Shown here: in pieces, positions 42,886 to 53,874 of the stretch
Layout of the letters: each line of letters opens with the position of its first letter
How positions within the stretch are numbered: position 1 is the first letter of the stretch
Assembly: GCA_902796885.1 (NCBI GenBank)
Contig: CADBQY010000077.1
Location: 126 to 64,125, forward strand
Length of the DNA stretch: 64,000 bases
Direction of reading: 5' to 3'
Source of the DNA: an uncultured Planctomycetota bacterium
Lineage (GTDB): Bacteria; Planctomycetota; Planctomycetia; Pirellulales; Thermoguttaceae
Notes under the pieces: generated by a model
What the model was told of the DNA's origin: nothing
Seen by the model: the letters and a program-made list of their open reading frames with translations, nothing else
Database searches by the model: none
Position numbers and translations under genes: made by a program

Positions 42886-44901
42886 TCAATCGAAAACCGC
42901 CCCGTCGCGAAAATCCCGCCAGACGTTTTCAAACCATTCGTCGGTCTCGGGAAAGTCGGGAAGCGGCCGCCATCGGCTTTGAAAAGCATCGTTCTCTTCG
43001 GAAAGTCGAGTTATAAGGATCTGCTCGCGATACATGGGATTTTCAGGCTTGATCCGCCACGAATCGGGAAATTTCGAGTGGATCGTCTCCCCCTGCGGGT
43101 CGAGAACCAGAGCCGAACCGCGCGAACCTGCGTCGAAGGCGGCATTTAGAGCCGAAAGGTAGGCTTCTTGCGCGACAAGAAGCTGCCGGTTTCGAAAAAT
43201 CTCCGCCGCCTCGGCTGAAGAAATGCCGACGACCGGGATTTCCGCATCGGAAGACAAAAGGGAACGCTCGGCGCGCCGACGTTCGGCGGTAATCCGGAAA
43301 GCCTCTTCAACGGACTCCTTCCGACGCAGATGGCCGGCCGACCGAGTCATCTGTCGCTGAAACGACGCGCGCTCCTGCCGCCAATCGTACCCGATCCGCC
43401 CGGTCAAACGCGCCAAATATCCCATGAGCTGGACGGCATCCTCTTTCAAAGCTTTTTCGGCGGCGGTTTCGTCAAGGCTCCATCCGCCGTACCGCCGCGC
43501 GATCCGCTGCGCCGCGCGTTGCGCGCCGACCTGTCCCGCGTTGAGTGCCGAACCGCCGGGGCGTGTCACGCCGTGCGAACCGTTCACCTCGCCGACCGGA
43601 AAAAGATGAGGAATATTCTCCGACTCGTACCACACGGTCCCTTTCAGTCCCCCGTTGTTGTGTTGGGCGCAAAGGGCAATTTCAAGCGGTTCGGCAGCAA
43701 GATCGATTCCGTGATCCCGATACAACGCGACCGCGCCCGGGTTCATTTTCGCCGGACGCGCCAAGGGAGTTTTCAGAAGCGCGCCCGACTTTCGGAGATA
43801 TTCCCGCGCTTCCGGTTCCAGTTCTCCGAACGAAAAGTCCGCCGGATCGGTTCGATAGTCGAGAAAGACGCGCCGCCCCAAAACAGCCGTCTCGTAAAAA
43901 ACCGCCATGTCGATAAGCGACGATCCCCTGGGGAGTTTCCGCGAATCAAACGGCCATTGATACCCCTTCAGAAAAACCAAGCTGTTGATCGCGCCAAGCG
44001 AATTAATATAATCTCGCAGGAATTCCCGTGCGTCGCTTTTGCCGTCCGACTCCGTTGAAACGAACCGGGGGAGAACCTGCATATAGGTGCCGGAGACGTT
44101 CCACCGGAAGGAACTCGGCCGGTCGCAGATCGGATCGATCTCGACCTTGCGCGCCGAAATATCGGTAACCGAAGCGAGTCCGAACTGACTTTCGGGGAGC
44201 GATGCAGCCGCCGCTCCGATCTCCAATGCCAGACCGATCGCGCCGTACTGCGACGCGGGAAAGACACTCGCTTCGTAGAGACCGCCCGGTCCGCCAACCG
44301 CAAAAACGAGGTTTTCGCAACAATACGGTTCCAACCCGTCTTCGGTCGTATTGACCGCGATCAGACCGCAGAGACGGCGCGAATCATCGGTCGCCGCGTA
44401 TGTCGTAAGTTTCACCGCCGACCGGTTTTCAAAAATCGGGATCCCGTCTGTTTTGGCCCGGCGCAAAAGAGCGCGGCACATTTCGCGCGACGTGTACGGC
44501 CCGCAACTGGTCGCTCGGCGCAACGGATCGTGATCAGTCTTATACCCGACATACTCCCCGAAACGGTTGTGCGGAAAAGGAACCCCCAGGTTGACCAAAT
44601 GGAAAAACGCACGCGTCGAACCGGCCGCCTCGGTCAACGCGACGAGCGGATCCGCGCTCCCCCCCTTGAGGTATGTTAAAGCAAGATCGCGGGGAGAATC
44701 CGCCTCACGACCGCAGAGCCCGAGTTTATAGTAGGTCTGTTTGTCACTGCCGGCATTGACAGAAGTCCCGAACCGGACCCCTTCGGTTAAAATCGCAACA
44801 TCCTCTACCCCTTCGGCCCGAAGCCGAACCGCCGCCGCCAATCCGGCCGCCCCGCTACCGAGAACGATCGTATGAAACTTTTTCGTCGGAAGAATTTTCA
44901 T
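42886..44901 (-). CDS. FAD-dependent oxidoreductase (fumarate reductase / aspartate oxidase flavoprotein-like)
   Basis: The dinucleotide-binding motif is IVLGSGAAGLAAAVRL. Also present are HNNGGLKG and GEVNGSHGVTRPGGSALNAGQV. Confidence 0.7.
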   Translation of the reverse strand: MKILPTKKFHTIVLGSGAAGLAAAVRLRAEGVEDVAILTEGVRFGTSVNAGSDKQTYYKLGLCGREADSPRDLALTYLKGGSADPLVALTEAAGSTRAFFHLVNLGVPFPHNRFGEYVGYKTDHDPLRRATSCGPYTSREMCRALLRRAKTDGIPIFENRSAVKLTTYAATDDSRRLCGLIAVNTTEDGLEPYCCENLVFAVGGPGGLYEASVFPASQYGAIGLALEIGAAAASLPESQFGLASVTDISARKVEIDPICDRPSSFRWNVSGTYMQVLPRFVSTESDGKSDAREFLRDYINSLGAINSLVFLKGYQWPFDSRKLPRGSSLIDMAVFYETAVLGRRVFLDYRTDPADFSFGELEPEAREYLRKSGALLKTPLARPAKMNPGAVALYRDHGIDLAAEPLEIALCAQHNNGGLKGTVWYESENIPHLFPVGEVNGSHGVTRPGGSALNAGQVGAQRAAQRIARRYGGWSLDETAAEKALKEDAVQLMGYLARLTGRIGYDWRQERASFQRQMTRSAGHLRRKESVEEAFRITAERRRAERSLLSSDAEIPVVGISSAEAAEIFRNRQLLVAQEAYLSALNAAFDAGSRGSALVLDPQGETIHSKFPDSWRIKPENPMYREQILITRLSEENDAFQSRWRPLPDFPETDEWFENVWRDFRDGAVFD

Positions 44902-45019
44902 CGCTTTTATCCTGAACGACCGCGTTAACTCCTTTAAACATTATGCGGGAGGATTCTCCGCACATCTTGCTGTTTACAGCGCGTCGCACGCCTCCGCGCG
45001 TTGGCGGAACGCGCACGAT

Positions 45020-45964
45020 TCAGCGGAATTTCAGGGTCCCGACCAGCTCGGCAGGAGTCGAAACTCCCGCCTCGTCCAGGAGCCGGGGCAGGTCTTCCAA
45101 AATCCGTTTCGGCGCGTCGGGCTGATAGAAATTCGCCGTCCCGACTTCCACTGCCGAAGCGCCGGCAACAATGAATTCCATCACGTCTTCGGCCGATTCG
45201 ATCCCGCCGATCCCGATCACGGGAATTTTCACCGCGCGAAAAATCTGACTGACGCAACGCAAAGCGACCGGTTTAACCGCCGGTCCGCTGTACCCGGCAT
45301 ATCCGTTCGCGATTCTCGGAACCCGACGGCGCCAATCGACCGCCAACCCATAGAGAGTATTGATTGCCGAGATCATGTCGGCCCCCCCCGCCTCGGCCGC
45401 TTTCGCCACGTCGGTGATCGAGGTCACGTTCGGGGAAAGTTTTACGCACAGGGGAATCGAGCAGCGAGTTTTCATCCGAGAGACGATCTTTTCACAGAGA
45501 GCCGGATTCGTTCCGAAATCGACCCCGCCCGAAACATTCGGACAACTGACATTCATCTCAAGCGCCGCAATCCCATCGGCCGCGGCGAACTTTTCGGAAA
45601 ACAGATCGCACTCTTCGATTTTCTTCGCGGCGAAACTGACGATAATCGGCGCGCCGAGACTCCGAAGCCAAGGAAGTTTCGTTGCTAAAAACTCGTCCAC
45701 GCCGTCGTTATCGAGCCCGATCGCGTTCAAAAGCCCGGCTGTCACCTCTACGGTGCGGGGCGGCCGATTCCCCGGCCGGGGAGCGAGAGTAATTGTCTTG
45801 GGAATGATCCCGCCGAGACAGGAGAGATCGTAAAGTCCCGCGATCTCTTTGGCGTACCCGAAAGTGCCCGAAGCGGTCAAAATCGGGTTCGGAAGAGTCA
45901 GGGGACCGAGTTTCACCGACAAAGTCTTTTTTGGCATCGTTGTTATTTTTCTTTCAATCGGCAT
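45020..45964 (-). CDS. pyrD: dihydroorotate dehydrogenase, class 1
   Basis: The motifs are LPNPILTASGTFGY, EMNVSCPNV, AINTL and IGIGGI. Confidence 0.85.
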   Translation of the reverse strand: MPIERKITTMPKKTLSVKLGPLTLPNPILTASGTFGYAKEIAGLYDLSCLGGIIPKTITLAPRPGNRPPRTVEVTAGLLNAIGLDNDGVDEFLATKLPWLRSLGAPIIVSFAAKKIEECDLFSEKFAAADGIAALEMNVSCPNVSGGVDFGTNPALCEKIVSRMKTRCSIPLCVKLSPNVTSITDVAKAAEAGGADMISAINTLYGLAVDWRRRVPRIANGYAGYSGPAVKPVALRCVSQIFRAVKIPVIGIGGIESAEDVMEFIVAGASAVEVGTANFYQPDAPKRILEDLPRLLDEAGVSTPAELVGTLKFR

Positions 45965-46194
45965 CGGAAAGTACGCCCAGCCCGTTTCGGTGATCCAATT
46001 TCAAAACGGAAGGGGCGGCGCCTATTCCCCTCGAGTTTACCCCTTTCCCTTCGAATTTTAAAGAGGGGACGGCCATAACGGCCGCGCGAACCGCATTTGC
46101 GGTATGATCCCGATTCTGATATAATACGCCCGTTCCGTAAGATCGGGGAACAACAAATCGGTCGAATGCCGTTCAAAGTCCATAAGGGGGCCCC

Positions 46195-48993
46195 ATGCAA
46201 AGACATTTACTGCTTTATCTTCTCGGATTTTTTTTCCTCGGCACCGTATGTGCCGTCCGGCTCGTTTCAGCCGACGAAACGCGCAAACCCTCCCCGATGC
46301 GGCCGAGTGAGCTGACTTGTGAAAATCTCACCGACCCGGTCGGCATCGACGCTGCCGTTCCGCTTTTGAGCTGGAAGTTCACCACTGACGGCGCGAAACT
46401 TCAAAACTGGAACCAAACAGCCTATCGGATCCTGGTCAGCACTTCCGACTCCGCACTGATCGACGAAATCGCCTCGGGAATCGTCTGGGATTCCGGTTGG
46501 GTCGAATCCGACCAAACGCGCAACATTGAGTACGGCGGCGCTCCTCTCAAGTCGGACAGCACCTACTACTGGAACGTCCGTGTTCGAGACAACAAAGGGG
46601 GAGAATCGACCGCCAGCTCGATCGGCAAATGGACGACCGCTCTCCTCGATCCGGCCGAATGGACCGCCGAATGGATCGGCACGGGGCTCGACTACATCGC
46701 CGACGGAGACGGTTCGGCACGGCCGTTCGACCCTTGGTTCCGAAAATCGATTGACCTCGAATCGCGTCCCGACAAGGCCCTCTTTCACCTCGCCTCGGTC
46801 GGCTATCACGAACTCTATATCAACGGATTCAAAGTTGATGACGCCGTTCTTTCCCCCTGCGCGACCGATCACAAGCATCGGGCGCGGTACATCACCTACA
46901 ACATTGCCCCGTACCTTGTTCCCGGCAAAAATGTGATCGGCGTCTGGCTCGGTGCCGGCTGGAGTATCTTTGAGGACTACCAGGTCGAAGGGCGCCCGAA
47001 CGCCCCGATCTTCAAAGCGCAGTGCGACATCGTCACCAGCCGCGGGGTCGAACGGCTCGTCACCGACGCGACGTGGAAATGCGCCATGAGCGGAAACAAG
47101 CTCCTGGGTCAGTGGAAATTCGCCCAATTCGGCGGCGAGTACCAGGACGGCGATATCAGCACCACCGACTGGGCGCAAATTTCATTCGACGACTCCGCCT
47201 GGCTCGACTCCGTCGTCTACACGCCCAACCTGACCGTCTCGGCCCAGCAAGTCGAAGTGAACCGCCCGATGACGCTCCTTTCGCCCGTCGAGATCGCCAA
47301 AGTCGGCGAAGACACGTGGCGAATCGACATGGGAAAGATCTTCACCGGCTCGATGGAAATTGACGTCACGGGAAATCCGGGCGATGTGATCGAATTCCGT
47401 TTTTCGGAATATCCCGATATGGAAATGACGTTCAATCTTTTCAGCCGAATCAAGATCGGCCGGTCGGGACATAGCGTTTTTAAAAATCGGTTCAATTACA
47501 GTGCCGGCCGCTGGATCACCGTCCGCGGCTTGAAAAAAGAGCCGACCCGCGACCAGTTCCGGGGCTGGATGATCCGAACCGATTTCAAAACGGCCTCCTC
47601 GTTCCAATGTTCCGACGATCTGCAAAACTGGATCTATGACACCGCCCTCTGGACCTACGAAAATCTCTCGTTGGGTGGGTACATCGTCGACTGTTCCCAG
47701 CGTGAACGAATGGGATACGGCGGGGACGCCCACGCCACGTGCGAGACCGGTATGCTCAACTACCGACTCGCGGCGTTTTACAAGAAATGGATGGAAGACT
47801 GGCGAGACGTTCAGGGGGAATTCCGGGGTTGGCTCAACGACATCGAAAACATCAATCCGGGCCAGGTCGAAGACGCGCTACGAGGCGTTCTGCCAAACAC
47901 CGCCCCGACCTATTGGGGCGGCGGCGGGCCGGCCTGGGGCGGCATTGTCGTCACGCTTCCCTGGTTCTACTACAACTACTACGGCGATAAGGAAATCCTT
48001 TCGGACAACTTCGAGCTGATCACCCGCTGGCTCGCTTTCTTTAACAGCTTCGTAAGTGACGGTCTCCTTCGTTGTTACGGCGATCAGTGGGCGTTCCTCG
48101 GCGACTGGCTCTGGCCGGGCGCTCCCGACGGCCCCGATCCGGACACAGAAGAATCGGTCTGTCTGAACAACATGTACCGCATTTTCAATCTCCGAACCGC
48201 CGCTAAAATCGCCCGCGTTCTGGACGAGACGGAAAAGGAACAGCTCTGGACCCGTCTGGCCGACGAGGGACAACGCGCGGTACACGAAAAGTATTTCCAT
48301 CCGGAAGACGCATCGTACGGGAGCGGCCGACCGGCCATTTTAGCGGCAGCGCTTCTTGCGGAAGTTCCCCCCGTCGAAGAACTTCCGCGGGTCAAAAAAC
48401 GGTTGGAAGAGCGGATATTGAACGAGGACGGCGGGCACGTCGGGGTCGGGATCACCGGCGGGGCGATGCTCTTTCGCTGGCTCCGCCAGGAAGGCCGCGA
48501 CGACCTCATCTACACCATGGCGTCGCAAACCGAATACCCCGGCTGGGGATTTATGCGCGCGAACGACGCGACGACCATTTGGGAAGCGTGGGAACTCCGA
48601 CGCCCGGGCCACTCCCTCTGCCACAGTTCGTTCCTATACATCGGCTCGTGGTATATCGACTCGGTGCTCGGAATCCAATCCGATCCCGCAGCGCCCGGCT
48701 TTAAAAAGATCACGATTCACCCGCCAAAATACGACGACACGCCGCTCCGTTGGGCGCGCGGACATTTTGACGCTCCGACCGGAAAGATCAGCGTCGACTG
48801 GCACAAGCAGACGGCCAACAAGACGTTTTATATGAACGTCACGACCCCGGTCAACACCACAGCGACCGTCTACGTTCCTTCCGACGGCGCCGTCGGCGCG
48901 ACGGGGGGCGCCGTCTCGATCGGCACGATTCCGGGTTACACAATTTTCCAAATCGGTTCCGGACATTACGAATTCAAAAGCCGGATGAAATAA
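46195..48993 (+). CDS. alpha-L-rhamnosidase (GH78), secreted
   Basis: It has a signal peptide. The N-terminal domain pattern is LSWKF...QTAYRILVS...WDSGWVESDQ...YYWNVRVRD. A six-hairpin region with RERMGYGGD follows. Confidence 0.8.
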   Translation: MQRHLLLYLLGFFFLGTVCAVRLVSADETRKPSPMRPSELTCENLTDPVGIDAAVPLLSWKFTTDGAKLQNWNQTAYRILVSTSDSALIDEIASGIVWDSGWVESDQTRNIEYGGAPLKSDSTYYWNVRVRDNKGGESTASSIGKWTTALLDPAEWTAEWIGTGLDYIADGDGSARPFDPWFRKSIDLESRPDKALFHLASVGYHELYINGFKVDDAVLSPCATDHKHRARYITYNIAPYLVPGKNVIGVWLGAGWSIFEDYQVEGRPNAPIFKAQCDIVTSRGVERLVTDATWKCAMSGNKLLGQWKFAQFGGEYQDGDISTTDWAQISFDDSAWLDSVVYTPNLTVSAQQVEVNRPMTLLSPVEIAKVGEDTWRIDMGKIFTGSMEIDVTGNPGDVIEFRFSEYPDMEMTFNLFSRIKIGRSGHSVFKNRFNYSAGRWITVRGLKKEPTRDQFRGWMIRTDFKTASSFQCSDDLQNWIYDTALWTYENLSLGGYIVDCSQRERMGYGGDAHATCETGMLNYRLAAFYKKWMEDWRDVQGEFRGWLNDIENINPGQVEDALRGVLPNTAPTYWGGGGPAWGGIVVTLPWFYYNYYGDKEILSDNFELITRWLAFFNSFVSDGLLRCYGDQWAFLGDWLWPGAPDGPDPDTEESVCLNNMYRIFNLRTAAKIARVLDETEKEQLWTRLADEGQRAVHEKYFHPEDASYGSGRPAILAAALLAEVPPVEELPRVKKRLEERILNEDGGHVGVGITGGAMLFRWLRQEGRDDLIYTMASQTEYPGWGFMRANDATTIWEAWELRRPGHSLCHSSFLYIGSWYIDSVLGIQSDPAAPGFKKITIHPPKYDDTPLRWARGHFDAPTGKISVDWHKQTANKTFYMNVTTPVNTTATVYVPSDGAVGATGGAVSIGTIPGYTIFQIGSGHYEFKSRMK

Positions 48994-49025
48994 CCGCCGT
49001 TTTTTCCAAGACAAAGGGGCAAATA

Positions 49026-50474
49026 ATGGCCGAGTTCCGCAAAATCGCATCCTTTCACGACATCGATGAGTTTCGCGCTTACGCCCGCGGTATCGGAGCG
49101 GATCTTCCCGTTCCCGACGCGGCGAACGCGCTCGACCCCGCGCCGTTCAAGACTCCGTTTGAATACACCAGCGGTATCACCGGCAAAACGACCGTCCTGA
49201 CCAACCGCTGGGCGATTCTTCCGATGGAAGGATGGGACTGTCTGCCCAACGGAGCCCCAAGCGCCACCGCTCGCCGCCGTTGGCTCCGGTTTGCCGAAAG
49301 CGGCGCCAGTCTTATTTTCGGTTGCGAAGCCGCCGCGGTGATGAAAGAAGGAAAAGCGAACACTCGCCAGATGACAATCACCCGCGAGTCGGCCGAAGCG
49401 ATCGGCGCGTTGCGGGAAGAGATGACCGCCCGTCACGTCTCTCTTTACGGCGACCGACCGATGGTCGGTCTCCAGCTGACCCACTCGGGCCGATTCAGCA
49501 AACCGAACGACGACGCCCGTTTGGAATCGCGTACTGCTTACGAGCATCCCTACCTCGATCTGAAATTTCACTGTACAGCCAAGAACGTTCTTTCCGACGG
49601 CGAGGTCGAAGCGATCGTTGAAAAGTTCCGCGAAGCGGCCTGTCTGGCCTACGACGCGGGGTTTGACTTCGTCGATATCAAGTGCGCCCACGGTTACCTG
49701 GGGCACGAATTCCTTTCAGCCCGCTCCCGTCCGGGAAAATACGGCGGTTCCTTTGAGAACCGCACGCGTTTCTTTCGCGAAATCGTCGAAGGGATCAAAA
49801 AAGACGCTCCGGGACTCGATATCGCCGTGCGTCTGAGTCTGGGCGATATGATCCCGTTCGTCAAGGGACCCGACGGCGTCGGAGAACCCGTGGCGCGATG
49901 CGGCCGCGAGAATTCCTACCTCTACGCCTTCGGCGGGGACGGCACCGGAATCGGTTTCGACTTTACCGAGCCGGCGGCGTTCGTCAAATTGGCCTATTCG
50001 CTCGGAATACGAATGATCTGCGCCACACTCGGCTCTCCGTATTACGTTCCGCACATTCAGCGTCCGGCCGCCTATGCGGTCAGCGACGGATACCGGCCGC
50101 CGGAAGACCCGCTTCTGGGCGCGGCGCGTCAGATCCGCGCGGTACAGACGATGAAATCCCTCTGTCCCGAATCCGTCTTCGTCGCCTCCGGAATGACCTA
50201 CCTTCAGGAATTTCTCCCGGCGGTCGGCGGCGAACTTCTCCGCGGCGGCGGCGCCGATTTTGTCGGGATCGGGCGAATGACGCTCTCCTACCCGGAAATC
50301 TGCGCCGACAGCATGGCGGGCAAGCCGCTCAATCGGCAGAAGATATGCCGCACGTTCGGCGACTGTACCAACGCGCCGCGCGCCGGTTTGATTTCGGGTT
50401 GCTTTCCCCTCGACCCGTTCTACAAAGTTCATCGGGACGGATTGAAGCTCAAAGAGATCAAGAAGCGGGGTTAG
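49026..50474 (+). CDS. NADH:flavin oxidoreductase (Old Yellow Enzyme family)
   Basis: The motifs are LQLTHSGRF, GFDFVDIKCAHGYLGHEFLS and GRMTLSYPE. Confidence 0.8.
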   Translation: MAEFRKIASFHDIDEFRAYARGIGADLPVPDAANALDPAPFKTPFEYTSGITGKTTVLTNRWAILPMEGWDCLPNGAPSATARRRWLRFAESGASLIFGCEAAAVMKEGKANTRQMTITRESAEAIGALREEMTARHVSLYGDRPMVGLQLTHSGRFSKPNDDARLESRTAYEHPYLDLKFHCTAKNVLSDGEVEAIVEKFREAACLAYDAGFDFVDIKCAHGYLGHEFLSARSRPGKYGGSFENRTRFFREIVEGIKKDAPGLDIAVRLSLGDMIPFVKGPDGVGEPVARCGRENSYLYAFGGDGTGIGFDFTEPAAFVKLAYSLGIRMICATLGSPYYVPHIQRPAAYAVSDGYRPPEDPLLGAARQIRAVQTMKSLCPESVFVASGMTYLQEFLPAVGGELLRGGGADFVGIGRMTLSYPEICADSMAGKPLNRQKICRTFGDCTNAPRAGLISGCFPLDPFYKVHRDGLKLKEIKKRG

Positions 50475-51754
50475 TCGTTCTTTTTAAAGACGACGCGCAC
50501 GGCCTTCCCCTCCTGTCGCGGAAGTGTCCCCGGCTTAAAAACGTCTCCTTTCGGCGAGAAGCCGAGCCGTTCCTTCAAGTGTTTGGCGACGGTGTAGCCT
50601 GTCACGCCCTCTTCGGCCTCGACGTTTACGCGAATATCCTTCACCCCTCCGGTCTCTTCGATCACGATCTGATAGTGGGGATGGACGCCCGGAATTTCGA
50701 GGAGCGCCTGCTCGACCTGGGCCGGAAAGAAATTCACCCCTTTGATAATCAGCATATCGTCGGTCCGACCGGCGATATTGTCGATCTTGATATGGGTTCG
50801 TCCGCAAGCGCACTTTTCGCGCGAAACGATGCGGGTCAGGTCGCCGGTCTTATACCGGAGCACCGGAATCGCCTCGCGCGTGAGCGAGGTAACCAGCAGT
50901 TCGCCGAGTTCGCCGTCGGGGAGCGGCTCCTTCGTAACCGGATCGACCACTTCCAGGTAATACTGGTCTTCCCAGACGTGAATCCCCGAATGATCTCCGC
51001 AGTCGCATCCCAGGGTACCGACGCCGCCGGTTTCGGTCATCCCGTAAATGTTGAACGCTTCGATATTCAGTTCCGACGAAATCCGCTTGGTCATCGGCCG
51101 GGTCAGAGACTCGGCGCCGAAAATCCCGATTTTCAGATCGGGCAGTTCGATTCCAAGCCGATTCATCACCTCGGCGATCCGAATCGAATAGGAAACGACC
51201 GCAGTAATGATCTTCGTTTTGAAATCGCGAGCCAGCTTAACCTGACGCTCGGTGTTCCCCGAACCGGTCGGAATAACGAACAGATCGGCCAGTCGTGCGC
51301 CGTGATACATTCCGAATCCGCCGTTAAACAGACCGAACGACGGCGTGATCTGGACCACGTCGCTCGGATATCCGCCGGCCATACGATAACAGCGCGCCAT
51401 ACAGTCGGCCCACTGACGCAGGTCGTTTTGCGTGTACGCCATCACCACCGGAGTTCCGGTCGACCCGCTCGACATATGCATTTCCCGAAGTTCTTCCTTC
51501 GGCCGACAACAGAGTCCCAGAGGATAGGTGGTTCGAAACGTCTCTTTGGTAATGATCGGCAGCTTCGGAACATCCTCGATCCCCCGAAAATCGCCCGGAA
51601 CCACGCCGGCCTCGTCGAGCAGACCGCGCATGATCGCGTTTTTTTCGTAGATGTAAGCGACAAGCTCTTTGAGCTTTCGGTTCTGGAGATCGCGAATCTC
51701 GTCCTGCGACATGGTTTCGGCGGCAGGATCAAAGTAGGGGGAACAGGTCGTCAT
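50471..51754 (-). CDS. paaK: phenylacetate-CoA ligase family adenylating enzyme
   Basis: The motifs are MHMSSGSTGTPVV, YGMTETGG and RYKTGDL. Length is 427 aa. Confidence 0.8.
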   Translation of the reverse strand: MTTCSPYFDPAAETMSQDEIRDLQNRKLKELVAYIYEKNAIMRGLLDEAGVVPGDFRGIEDVPKLPIITKETFRTTYPLGLCCRPKEELREMHMSSGSTGTPVVMAYTQNDLRQWADCMARCYRMAGGYPSDVVQITPSFGLFNGGFGMYHGARLADLFVIPTGSGNTERQVKLARDFKTKIITAVVSYSIRIAEVMNRLGIELPDLKIGIFGAESLTRPMTKRISSELNIEAFNIYGMTETGGVGTLGCDCGDHSGIHVWEDQYYLEVVDPVTKEPLPDGELGELLVTSLTREAIPVLRYKTGDLTRIVSREKCACGRTHIKIDNIAGRTDDMLIIKGVNFFPAQVEQALLEIPGVHPHYQIVIEETGGVKDIRVNVEAEEGVTGYTVAKHLKERLGFSPKGDVFKPGTLPRQEGKAVRVVFKKND

Positions 51755-52008
51755 GGTTACGAACCCTTATCGTGGAAAGATGGAAAACACTCCGGCAATT
51801 CCGGGAGACGGGCAAAAGCCGGAACTTAATGAACAACAGAGCGGATTATATTTTCTAGAACAGTTATTGTCCAGTAGCCCGTCCTCAAAAAAATCGCCGG
51901 AACTTCCGCTTTCCCCGCGAGGGGGCTGGAACACTCCCCTCCGACAGTCTAAAATGGAGGGGTAATAGCCGAGAACCGATAAACCGGAAAATCGAGAGCG
52001 AGGATAAA

Positions 52009-52980
52009 ATGAACCGAAAAATTGTTGTGCTTGACGGATGGACACTCAACCCCGGCGATCTTTCCTGGTCAGATCTTGAAGAATTGGGTGAGGTCACCGT
52101 CTACGACCGAACCCCTGCCGATGAAATTCTCTCGCGGGCCGAAGGCGCCGCGGTAGCGCTGACGAACAAAGTCCCCTTCACCGCCGAAACAATCGCCTCT
52201 CTCCCCGAACTGCGTCTGATCAGCGTCCTGGCGACCGGAGTAAATCCGATCGACGTTGAAGCCGCGCGGCGGCGCGGTATCCCCGTCTCGAATGTCCCCG
52301 GATACAGTACCGAATCGGTCGTACAATCGACCTTCGCCCATCTTCTGAACCTTGCCTCGGCACTGAGTTACTTTACGTCAAAAACCCGCGAAGGGACCTG
52401 GACCGCCGCGCCCGACTTCACTTTCTACGGACTCCCCCTGGTCGAACTGGCGGGAAAGACGTTCGGTATCGTCGGTTACGGCGCGATCGGCAAACGGGTC
52501 GCGCAGGTTGCCGAGGCGTTCAGGATGAACGTGATCGCTTACAGCAGGAGTTTGACGCCGGGTGAAAAAATCGGTTCGGTAACCGCCGTAACGCTCGATG
52601 AACTTTTCGCCAATTCCGACGTCGTCTCGCTCCACTGCCCGCTGACCGCCGAAAACCGGCATATGGTCAATCGCGACCGGCTCGCGTCTATGAAAAAATC
52701 TGCTTTTCTGATCAACACCGCTCGCGGTCCCCTCGTCGACCCGCAGGCACTGGCCGACGCCCTCAACGAAGAACGTCTTGCGGGCGCGGGAATGGACGTT
52801 CTCACCGCCGAACCTCCGGCCGAAACCGAGCCCCTCCTTTCGGCCCGAAACTGCTTTATCACTCCGCACAACGCCTGGGCCACCCGTGAAGCACGGCTTC
52901 GTCTGATGGCCGAAACCGTCGCCAACGTCCGTGCCTTCTTTGAAGGAACGCCTCGGAACGTTGTCAACGGGCTCGGATAA
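52009..52980 (+). CDS. D-2-hydroxyacid dehydrogenase (glycerate dehydrogenase-like)
   Basis: The NAD-binding motif is FGIVGYGAIGKRVAQVA. The catalytic region shows NTARGPLVD...ITPHNAW. Confidence 0.85.
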   Translation: MNRKIVVLDGWTLNPGDLSWSDLEELGEVTVYDRTPADEILSRAEGAAVALTNKVPFTAETIASLPELRLISVLATGVNPIDVEAARRRGIPVSNVPGYSTESVVQSTFAHLLNLASALSYFTSKTREGTWTAAPDFTFYGLPLVELAGKTFGIVGYGAIGKRVAQVAEAFRMNVIAYSRSLTPGEKIGSVTAVTLDELFANSDVVSLHCPLTAENRHMVNRDRLASMKKSAFLINTARGPLVDPQALADALNEERLAGAGMDVLTAEPPAETEPLLSARNCFITPHNAWATREARLRLMAETVANVRAFFEGTPRNVVNGLG

Positions 52981-53023
52981 CTCTCGTATCCGGGATATCC
53001 GTCGGATTCACCCTCTCCGGGGA

Positions 53024-53051
53024 TTGACAGTCCTCAGATAAAGGCTAAAAT
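53024..53051 (+). promoter_or_regulatory. candidate rpsO promoter
   Basis: TTGACA lies at 53024-53029, followed by a 16-nt spacer and TAAAAT at 53046-53051. This is about 115 nt upstream of the rpsO start. Confidence 0.5.
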
Positions 53052-53168
53052 AAAACTGTCGTATTGTTTTTTAACTTTAACGGAAGGAATAAACCAGACA
53101 TTCCAAACAGATCGATGATTCAGACGCGCTTTGCGCGGACTGCAATCGTAGCAGAAAGAGGTTATCAG

Positions 53169-53441
53169 ATGACGATCATGACCAAAGAAGAAAAACAGGC
53201 GATCATTACCGAATTTCAGCGCAGCGCCGGCGACACCGGTAGTCCCGAAGTTCAGATTGCCCTTCTTACCAAAAAGATCAACGCCCTGACCGAACACATG
53301 AAAGCCAACAAAAAAGATTTCGCCACTCGGCGCGGTCTTCTCCAGATGGTTTCCGATCGGCGGAGCCTTCTCGATTACCTCAAACGGCTCGATCTTGAAC
53401 GTTATGCCGCCGTCATCAAGAAGCTAGGCATTCGTAAGTAG
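53169..53441 (+). CDS. rpsO: 30S ribosomal protein S15
   Basis: The sequence reads [78 protein letters not shown] lies upstream of ATG 53169, and ATG 53178 is an alternative start. Confidence 0.9.
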   Translation: MTIMTKEEKQAIITEFQRSAGDTGSPEVQIALLTKKINALTEHMKANKKDFATRRGLLQMVSDRRSLLDYLKRLDLERYAAVIKKLGIRK

Positions 53442-53454
53442 TTCATCTCCAACT

Positions 53455-53485
53455 CCCGCCGACACTTTTCCGAAGCGTCGGCGGG
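53455..53485 (+). promoter_or_regulatory. stem-loop just after rpsO (attenuator or processing site in the rpsO-pnp leader)
   Basis: CCCGCCGAC (53455-53463) pairs with GTCGGCGGG (53477-53485). There is no U-tract, so it is not a clear intrinsic terminator. Confidence 0.4.
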
Positions 53486-53874
53486 ATCCGGTTCCGGACT
53501 CGTCGAGTCGTCCCCGGATAAGTTCCGTCGCCATCGATATTCCTTATCACAACGTCGGCTCGATTCTCCGGTCTTTCCGGATAATCGCTGAGGGTGTCTT
53601 TTGGTTTTTCTCCCCATCAGTTGAAAAATGTCGTTTTCGCGACCGGCGCGGGCCGGTCGGAAGCAGATTCGGCGGAAGGCGCCGTCGTCCGGCGCGTACC
53701 GGTTTTCGTCCGTTTCGGAATCGAGTTGGGCCGAACAATCGGTTTTCGGAACGTATTCTTTGAAGGCTCCCCGGGCGGAGCGGGACGTTTCTCGAATCGA
53801 CCGTTTGGATTCTGCGTTGTGTCGGTTAAATTATTATTTTTATGTTGGCAGAAGAAAGAAAGAGTAGTCAAAAA

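Noticed and set aside
49898-51829. 643-aa + strand ORF
   Set aside because: It is out of frame over the 3' end of the OYE gene and antisense to the PaaK-like gene, both of which have clear family motifs.
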